A stretch of 12,478 nucleotides of DNA, from assembly GCA_964236955.1 (NCBI GenBank), contig CAXSGP010000014.1:1-12478 (forward strand), in the 5' to 3' direction. A program made the position numbers and the translations under genes. Numbering within the stretch: position 1 is the stretch's first letter; every line of letters starts with the position of its first letter. The notes below the pieces were generated by a model, which did no database searches, was not told where the DNA came from, and saw only the letters and a list, made by a program, of their open reading frames with translations. Shown here piece by piece: positions 6,309-12,478 of the stretch. This stretch comes from an uncultured Oligoflexus sp. Lineage in GTDB: Bacteria > Bdellovibrionota_B > Oligoflexia > Oligoflexales > Oligoflexaceae.

Positions 6309-6974
6309 TTAGCGGAATGACTTCTGCAGCGAAAGTCCGAATGTACCCTTGGTGTTTTCCGTTGTCGGTAACGCGAACATGCTGAAGCGCGGTTTGGATT
6401 TTAAGTGATATTGACTCTCCTCGGCAACCCATTTCGCGGCGTCATCGTCCATATTATCGATCTCCGCGGCTTTTTTCTCTGCTTTGCGGCCACCGAATGG
6501 ATCGTAGATGGCATCGAAGACGCTGACGGCATAGAGACCAAAGAAGCCGACGAGACAAAGTGTGGCCTCGGTGTTGGTTTTCTTAACATAAGCGGCGTTT
6601 CTTGCCAGATAATCGGCTGTCTCTGTATCAGCCGCTTCGCCGGAGGCTTGGATTTCAGCTATGGTCGCCGATGCATCAGAATTGGAAGCGCTTACTTGTT
6701 TTTGGCGATCGAGATAGAGAAAGAGCATTGCCGCCTGGCCACCGCCTAGAATGCCGCCCATGATGGGGCGACCCTGAACGAATTGTCCTATGCCGAAAGG
6801 CGCAAAGTTTAAGGGGCTAAAATCACCCTTGCCGGGCGCTGGCGCGGCTTTTGTTTTCTTTTTCTTCTTGACCATGCCCGAACCCGATTTCTTAGGCGCC
6901 GCGTCAAGTCTTGTGGGAATCCCGCTTAAAAGCAGGCTCTGAAGCATGATTGCCAGGACGATATACTTTTTCAT
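6309..6974 (-). CDS. Hypothetical exported/membrane protein, DUF5683-like (221 aa)
   Basis: Start reassigned to MKKYIVLAIMLQSLLL (signal-peptide-like, SD GAGG). 'NFAPFGIGQFVQG' motif followed by two hydrophobic segments ending 'YAVSVFDA'. Confidence 0.7.
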   Translation of the reverse strand: MKKYIVLAIMLQSLLLSGIPTRLDAAPKKSGSGMVKKKKKTKAAPAPGKGDFSPLNFAPFGIGQFVQGRPIMGGILGGGQAAMLFLYLDRQKQVSASNSDASATIAEIQASGEAADTETADYLARNAAYVKKTNTEATLCLVGFFGLYAVSVFDAIYDPFGGRKAEKKAAEIDNMDDDAAKWVAEESQYHLKSKPRFSMFALPTTENTKGTFGLSLQKSFR

Positions 6975-7359
6975 TATTACCCTCACATAAATTCCTCCAT
7001 CTTGTCGGATGCTAAAAAAAATACTTAAGGTGGGAGGAATATTATTGGGAGAGCCATAACAGTATTTTACAGAATGAGCGAGGCTCGCTCCGCCAGCAAA
7101 GCCCCGTATATCAAACAAGGTCCGCCAGTTTTTTGCAAAAGACCAAAGACGTCCGACCTGGCGAAGATCCATAAAAAAAATAGTACATCCATTCAAATGT
7201 ATGGTAATTTAAATTTTGCTTGCATGGATATATATAAGGTGATGCTGCCTTGACTTTGCGATATTGAAGAGCATGAGAATAAAGTAACGCTGTATTTTTT
7301 TTTATAAGCATCGTTTTTGACTTAAAAACGCGGTCATTTCATAGAATGGAGTTTATAAG

Positions 7360-7716
7360 ATGACAGAAGTCGCTCAGGACGGCATCCCGAAGAAAAAAAA
7401 GAACCTCGAAGCGCTCGACGATAGTCTCGATCAGGATGGTCGTGCCGGAGCCCAGGCTGGCGGGAAAAAGCTGCGTCTGACTCTGGTCGAAGATGAGCAA
7501 AGCCTTCTCTTTGCTTTTCAGCAAACCCTTAAGGAGCGTGGCTTAAAGAGTTTTGAGCTGGGTGATATTGTGGCCGAAGCCCTGGCAACCGTACCTAAAG
7601 AATGGTGGGATGCGAAGGTCGATGAGATCACTCCCCTGGAATGGAAGCTTCATGCTGCCTTGGAAAATCCTGATATGCGTGAGAAATTGATGTCGTTGCT
7701 CAACGGCAAGAAATAA
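7360..7716 (+). CDS. Hypothetical protein, possible ribbon-helix-helix DNA-binding fold (118 aa)
   Basis: SD GGAG at 7348-7351, own terminator. KLRLTL strand followed by two amphipathic helices. Confidence 0.75.
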   Translation: MTEVAQDGIPKKKKNLEALDDSLDQDGRAGAQAGGKKLRLTLVEDEQSLLFAFQQTLKERGLKSFELGDIVAEALATVPKEWWDAKVDEITPLEWKLHAALENPDMREKLMSLLNGKK

Positions 7717-7742
7717 GCTGGATTTCTAGTCTAACTTTCGAG

Positions 7743-7769
7743 AAAGACCAGCGTTTTAGCTGGTCTTTT
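7743..7769 (+). terminator. Intrinsic terminator (possibly bidirectional)
   Basis: AAAGACCAGC-6 nt-GCTGGTCTTT perfect 10-bp inverted repeat ending in a T-run, 26 nt after the stop at 7716. Confidence 0.75.
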
Positions 7770-7885
7770 ACTGTATCAGGACTCTGCTGAAAGCTTTTGT
7801 CGGTATAAATGACGCGTTCTGATGGGAATAAGATTCTGCTATTGTCTGGGCTCGCCAACGGCTTTTCTTAAAGGTGATTTTTTTC

Positions 7886-9568
7886 ATGAACGAGATCGAC
7901 AAAACCCCAGCCGCTAACTTTATCCGTACGATTATCAATGACGATCTGAAGAGTGGAAAACATGGAGGGCGCGTTGTCTCTCGTTTTCCGCCAGAACCGA
8001 ACGGCTATCTGCACATAGGGCACGCGAAAGCGATTTGTTTTAACTTTGGTTTGACGAACGAATATGCCGGCGGCAAATGCTATCTGCGGCTTGATGACAC
8101 CAATCCGGCCAAAGAAGAGCAGGAATATGAAGACGCCATCAAAAGTGACGTTGAGTGGTTGGGTTTTCAATGGGGGTCCCTCTTGACCCATGCTTCCGAT
8201 TATTACGAAGTTTTCTATGAAAAAGCCGAACTCCTTATAAAGAAAAATTTGGCGTTTGTCTGCTCTCTGAATGCTGAGCAGGTCAAAGCTTTTCGAGGGA
8301 GTTTGACCGAGCCTGGGCAAGCCAGTCCGGATCGCGGGCGGAGCTCCGAGGAAAGTCTCGATTTGTTTCGGCGTATGCGCAAGGGCGAATTTGCTGATGG
8401 AACCTATACGCTACGAGCCAAGATCGATATGAGTTCGGGCAATATCAATTTGCGCGATCCAACGATCTACCGCATTCGGCACCTTGAGCATCATCGCACC
8501 GGCAATAGCTGGTGCATTTATCCGATGTACGACTACGCGCATCCTTTGAACGACGCCCTGGAAGGCATCACACATTCCATCTGTACCCTGGAATTCCAGG
8601 ATCATCGGCCGCTTTACGACTGGTTTGTCGATAATTGTGAGATGACTTATAAGCCGCAGCAGATTGAATTTTCTCGTTTGAATGTCAACTTTACCGTGAC
8701 GAGCAAACGCAAACTCAAAAAGCTTGTCGATAGCAAAGCCGTAAGCAGCTGGGATGATCCCCGCATGCCGACGATTCGTGGGATGCGCCGTCGCGGTTAT
8801 ACGCCGGCTGCCTTGCAGAACTTCTGTGAGCGGATTGGAATGTCCAAGAAAGACACGATCATCGACATGAGCATATTGGAAGAGGAAATCCGCAACGATC
8901 TTAATGATAATGCCCGGCGTGCCCTGGCCGTTCTTGATCCGATCAAGGTGACGATCACCAACTACAAGGAATCGGGCGAGATTCTACGCGTCCCCAATCA
9001 TCCGCAAAAAGCCGAAATGGGTGAGCGTGATCTGCCCTTCTCCCGTGTTCTCTATATCGAGCGTGATGATTTCATGGAAGTGCCTTCCAAGGGCTTTCAC
9101 CGCCTGAGTCCGGGAAAAGACGCACGGCTACGCTATGCGTATGTGATTCGCTGTGATGAGGTCGTCAAAGACGCCAAGGGTGAAGTCATTGAGCTCAAGT
9201 GCAGTTATGATCCGGATACCAAGGGTGGTCAAAATCCCAAAGATGGTCACAAGGTAAAGGGTATCATTCACTGGGTCGATGCCAGCAAAGGCATAAAAGC
9301 TGAGGTTCGCCTCTACGATCGGCTCTTTAAAGTGGCAAATCCAGCGGCCCTGGACGATGCTGACTTTATTGGTGAGATCAATCCCGATTCGCTGCAGCTT
9401 CGTACCTCGGCCTATATCGAGCCGGCTTTGGCACAAGCGGCGCCAGAAACACGGTTTCAGTTTGAACGTCTTGGATTTTTCACGGCGGATCAAAAGGATC
9501 ATAGTGCGGCCAATCCCGTATTTAACCGAACGGTTACACTTCGTGATACGTGGGCGGAGAAAGCCTAA
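7886..9568 (+). CDS. glnS: Glutamine--tRNA ligase
   Basis: RFPPEPNGYLHIGHAK (HIGH), DDTNP, YPMYDYAH, THSICTLEF, TSKRKL, WDDPRMPT, KGIIHWV, FQFERLGFF, FNRTVTLRD. SD AAGGTG favours ATG 7886. Confidence 0.97.
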   Translation: MNEIDKTPAANFIRTIINDDLKSGKHGGRVVSRFPPEPNGYLHIGHAKAICFNFGLTNEYAGGKCYLRLDDTNPAKEEQEYEDAIKSDVEWLGFQWGSLLTHASDYYEVFYEKAELLIKKNLAFVCSLNAEQVKAFRGSLTEPGQASPDRGRSSEESLDLFRRMRKGEFADGTYTLRAKIDMSSGNINLRDPTIYRIRHLEHHRTGNSWCIYPMYDYAHPLNDALEGITHSICTLEFQDHRPLYDWFVDNCEMTYKPQQIEFSRLNVNFTVTSKRKLKKLVDSKAVSSWDDPRMPTIRGMRRRGYTPAALQNFCERIGMSKKDTIIDMSILEEEIRNDLNDNARRALAVLDPIKVTITNYKESGEILRVPNHPQKAEMGERDLPFSRVLYIERDDFMEVPSKGFHRLSPGKDARLRYAYVIRCDEVVKDAKGEVIELKCSYDPDTKGGQNPKDGHKVKGIIHWVDASKGIKAEVRLYDRLFKVANPAALDDADFIGEINPDSLQLRTSAYIEPALAQAAPETRFQFERLGFFTADQKDHSAANPVFNRTVTLRDTWAEKA

Positions 9569-9613
9569 AGATAGTCTGTCGCTTTCCCCATTTGACCTAA
9601 AAATCCTTGATAA

Positions 9614-9643
9614 GGCTGAGGCTATAGGCTTCAGCTCTATTTT
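9614..9643 (+). terminator. Possible glnS terminator hairpin
   Basis: GCTGAGGC/GCTTCAGC stem (one G-U pair) with a 5-nt loop, followed by TCTATTTT. Confidence 0.4.
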
Positions 9644-10001
9644 AAGTCTATTTTGGAAAAAATGCATTGCAGTTTAACAAGATGCATAAGCTGCATTAAA
9701 ATTTATTTTATTTATAAAAAATGAATAAAACCCATCTTTCATTTCAGCGTACACTAGCACCGTTCTCACTTCCCCGGCTCAGTCGGTATAGGAAAAGGCT
9801 TCCAGCTAGTCACGAAATACAGGTAAATAGTACGAAAATGTAGTAAATATCGAAAGTTTCCCAAAGATTCAGCTTTGTTTAGGATCTAAAACTTGCAGTG
9901 GGAACTAAGCGCTCGATATACTCGGCTCAGAAAAGTCTTCTTAATATATTATGCAGTTTCTGTGGATATAAGTCAGCCGATCCGATCTCACGAGGTGTTT
10001 T

Positions 10002-12478
10002 ATGGACGCAAAGAATTTTGATGCCCGCTGGTTAGATGATCCTCGTGACGTTCAAAGAGATGCCTGCGGCGTGGGCTTCATCGCCCATCTAAAGGGGCAG
10101 GCTTCTCACCAAATCGTGATGGATGGCCTTGAGATACTCAAGCGTTTGGATCACCGGGGTGGACGGGCGGCTGACGGCATCACCAGCGATGGAGCTGGCA
10201 TCCAGCTGCAGATTCCCCGAGAGTTTTTGACTAAGGCGGCGCTCGCTGAAGGTGTCAACCTTCCCAATGATTATGCATTGGCAATGGTTTTTCTCCCGAA
10301 GGCCGAATCGGAAGGCTGGATCGCACGTATGAAAGTCTTTGCCGGCCAGCGCGGTTATAGGGTGCTGTGGCAGCGCCTGGTGCCCGTGAATTCAGGAGTT
10401 TTAGGACCTATCGCCAGCGCTAGCGAACCGGCGGTTTACCAATTGTTTTTCAGTGATGTCGAAGCCGGGCAAAACAAGAGCGACTGGCGGCTCTATCTCT
10501 TGCGTAAAGACATCGAACGTGCGGCTGTCGAACGTTATGGAATCAAGCAGCACGATGTTTATGTCGTGAGTTTGTCGACTCGTACTGTTTGTTATAAGGG
10601 TCTGGTGAAGGCAGACGATTTTGCGGATTATTTCGTTGATCTGAAGGATCCTGCCTTTCAATCCGCTCTCAGCCTGGTGCATCAGAGATTCAGCACGAAT
10701 ACACTTCCAGCCTGGCCCCTGGCGCAACCCTTTCGCATGCTTTGCCATAATGGGGAAATCAACACTCTGCGCGGAAATATGAGTGCGATGAACGCCCGGA
10801 CTGCGCTTCTCCGTGATGATGAGGATTTTATTGCGGAGCAGGTCGCCCCCATATGCGTGCCGGGCTTCAGCGATTCGGCGATGCTCGACAACACGCTCGA
10901 GTTCCTCTTGCATACGGGCCGGAGTCTGCCTGAGGCGATCACGATGCTGGTGCCCGAGCCCTGGGAACAAAATGGGGAAATGCCTAGCGCCTTACGCGAT
11001 TATTATGAATATCAATCCTATCGTATGGAGCCTTGGGACGGCCCCGCTTTTTTAGGCTTCACCGATGGTCGCACGATCGGTGCGATTTTGGATCGCAATG
11101 GCCTGAGACCCGGTCGCTACTGGGTGACCTGCGATGAGCATGTGATCATGGCATCCGAGGCGGGTGTCCTGGATCGAAGACCCGAGGAAATCGTATTGAA
11201 GGGACGCCTCAGTCCCGGCCGGATCTTTATGGTCGACATGGAAGCGGGTGAAATCATCCCGGACCAGCATATTAAAGCCAAGCTTGCCAGCCAGTATAAT
11301 TACGGAGTCTGGCTCAAAGAGCATCGATCCGAACTCACCGATGGCGAATGGCTCGAAGAGGCCCATAATGAAAAACCGCGCACGAGCCTGATGCGCGCCT
11401 TCGGGTATACTGACGAAGATATGCGCATCATCCTTCAGCCGATGGCGAATGAAGGCAAAGAACCCGTGGGTTCCATGGGGGTCGATGTCCCGATCGCCGT
11501 CCTGTCCAATCAAAGACCGTTGCTTTATGAATATTTTAAGCAACTCTTTGCTCAGGTAACCAATCCTCCTATCGATGCTATTCGCGAGGAACTCGTGACC
11601 TCACTCAGCTCCGCACTTGGCGCTGAAACTAATCTTTTTGCGGCCAATGAAAGCCAAATCATCCGGTTGAACCATCCTATTCTTTCCAAATCGGATATGA
11701 CCGAACTTCTGAGTCAGAAAAAACTGCCCATCGTGAGTCTGACGCTCACCTTTGAGGCCGGGATACCTTTGGCCACGGCTCTGGAGGAGCTTCGGAAAAC
11801 TGCGTTCGCCGCTGTGCAGAATGGAGCCGAGATACTCGTTCTTTGTGATAGGGGAGTCGATGCCAAGCACGTGGCAATTCCCGCGCTGCTGGCGTGCTCG
11901 TATGTGCACCACTCCCTTATGCTCGAAGGACTTCGGGCTAAGACGAGTTTGATCGTAAGCAGTGGCGAGCCGCGCGAGGTTCATCATTTTGCCTTGCTCT
12001 TCGCATACGGGGCCGCTGCCGTGCACCCCTACCTCGCCTTTGAGCTCGTTGAACGCCTCGAGGCCACGGCTAAAATCGCGATTGACCCCTGGAAAAGAGC
12101 CTCCAATTACCGCAAGGCGGTCGAGGCAGGTCTGCTCAAAATCATGTCGAAAATGGGCATATCCACTCTCCAGTCGTATCGCGGAGCGCAAATATTCGAG
12201 GCCCTTGGTCTCACCCAGGCTTTTGTTGATAAGTATTTCCCCTGGACTCCCACCCGAATTGAAGGCGTTAACCTCAGCGATTTTGAAGAGGATCTTCGCC
12301 TCCGTCATGAGACGGCATTTGCAGCCCAGGACACAATGCTGGTCGATCCCGGTCTCTATACCTGGAGAAAAAACGGCGAACGGCATTTGCATGAACCCGA
12401 CATGATCGCGAGTCTGCAAAAAGCCACGCGTATCAACAGTCGAGAGGAGTTTAAATCATTCTGCGCCCATCTTGATGC
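10002..12478 (+). CDS. gltB: Glutamate synthase large subunit, 3'-truncated by the window edge
   Basis: SD GAGGTG then ATG 10002: MDAKNFDARWLDDPRDVQRDA-CGVGFIA (catalytic Cys codon at 10065). HRGG, DGAG, HQRFSTNT (10680), HNGEINT, MEPWDGPA, LDRNGLRP, GSMG, FAQVTNPPID and KIMSKMGIS are all in the same frame. Not in the ORF track because there is no stop in the window. Confidence 0.97.
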   Translation, partial: MDAKNFDARWLDDPRDVQRDACGVGFIAHLKGQASHQIVMDGLEILKRLDHRGGRAADGITSDGAGIQLQIPREFLTKAALAEGVNLPNDYALAMVFLPKAESEGWIARMKVFAGQRGYRVLWQRLVPVNSGVLGPIASASEPAVYQLFFSDVEAGQNKSDWRLYLLRKDIERAAVERYGIKQHDVYVVSLSTRTVCYKGLVKADDFADYFVDLKDPAFQSALSLVHQRFSTNTLPAWPLAQPFRMLCHNGEINTLRGNMSAMNARTALLRDDEDFIAEQVAPICVPGFSDSAMLDNTLEFLLHTGRSLPEAITMLVPEPWEQNGEMPSALRDYYEYQSYRMEPWDGPAFLGFTDGRTIGAILDRNGLRPGRYWVTCDEHVIMASEAGVLDRRPEEIVLKGRLSPGRIFMVDMEAGEIIPDQHIKAKLASQYNYGVWLKEHRSELTDGEWLEEAHNEKPRTSLMRAFGYTDEDMRIILQPMANEGKEPVGSMGVDVPIAVLSNQRPLLYEYFKQLFAQVTNPPIDAIREELVTSLSSALGAETNLFAANESQIIRLNHPILSKSDMTELLSQKKLPIVSLTLTFEAGIPLATALEELRKTAFAAVQNGAEILVLCDRGVDAKHVAIPALLACSYVHHSLMLEGLRAKTSLIVSSGEPREVHHFALLFAYGAAAVHPYLAFELVERLEATAKIAIDPWKRASNYRKAVEAGLLKIMSKMGISTLQSYRGAQIFEALGLTQAFVDKYFPWTPTRIEGVNLSDFEEDLRLRHETAFAAQDTMLVDPGLYTWRKNGERHLHEPDMIASLQKATRINSREEFKSFCAHLD

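Noticed and set aside
6975..7196. N-terminal extensions in the ORF track (this one, also 175-240 and 2461-2523)
   Set aside because: Downstream ATGs have better SD sequences and family-typical or signal-peptide N-termini.
8692..8718. GlnRS 'TSKR' instead of 'MSKR' motif
   Set aside because: Variation at this position occurs among bacterial GlnRS enzymes and all other motifs are intact; no sign of inactivation.
9721..9843. 40-codon ORF upstream of gltB as a leader peptide
   Set aside because: No SD, no Gln/Glu codon enrichment and no attenuator-like terminator downstream.
9882..9977. Sigma54 promoter for gltB
   Set aside because: GG..TTGC at 9882-9896 has 11-nt rather than 10-nt spacing; the correctly spaced GG-N10-GC at 9964-9977 matches the consensus poorly.
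10401..12419. Several 66-272 aa ORFs listed in the track
   Set aside because: All are antisense or off-frame shadows of the continuous gltB frame starting at 10002.

Overview
Bacterial chromosomal window of roughly 50% GC (estimated by eye), mostly housekeeping genes: ackA (-), miaE-pepQ (+), glnS (+) and the 5' part of gltB (+). gltB starts at 10002, runs off the window and is missing from the ORF track. Interspersed are an HDOD protein with an N-terminal Cys/His-rich module and three hypothetical proteins. The best candidate for an uncharacterised system is at the left end: a translationally coupled AbrB-like antitoxin plus a basic RelE/ParE-fold toxin candidate (241-947), with a promoter whose -10 lies inside a perfect palindrome. 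Other signals are a highly self-complementary ~130-nt element with alternative pairings between ackA and a divergent small gene (2580-2712), and a 26-codon small ORF with a near-perfect SD upstream of miaE. No rRNA, tRNA, CRISPR array or transposase was recognised. All family calls come from motif recognition, not database searches.
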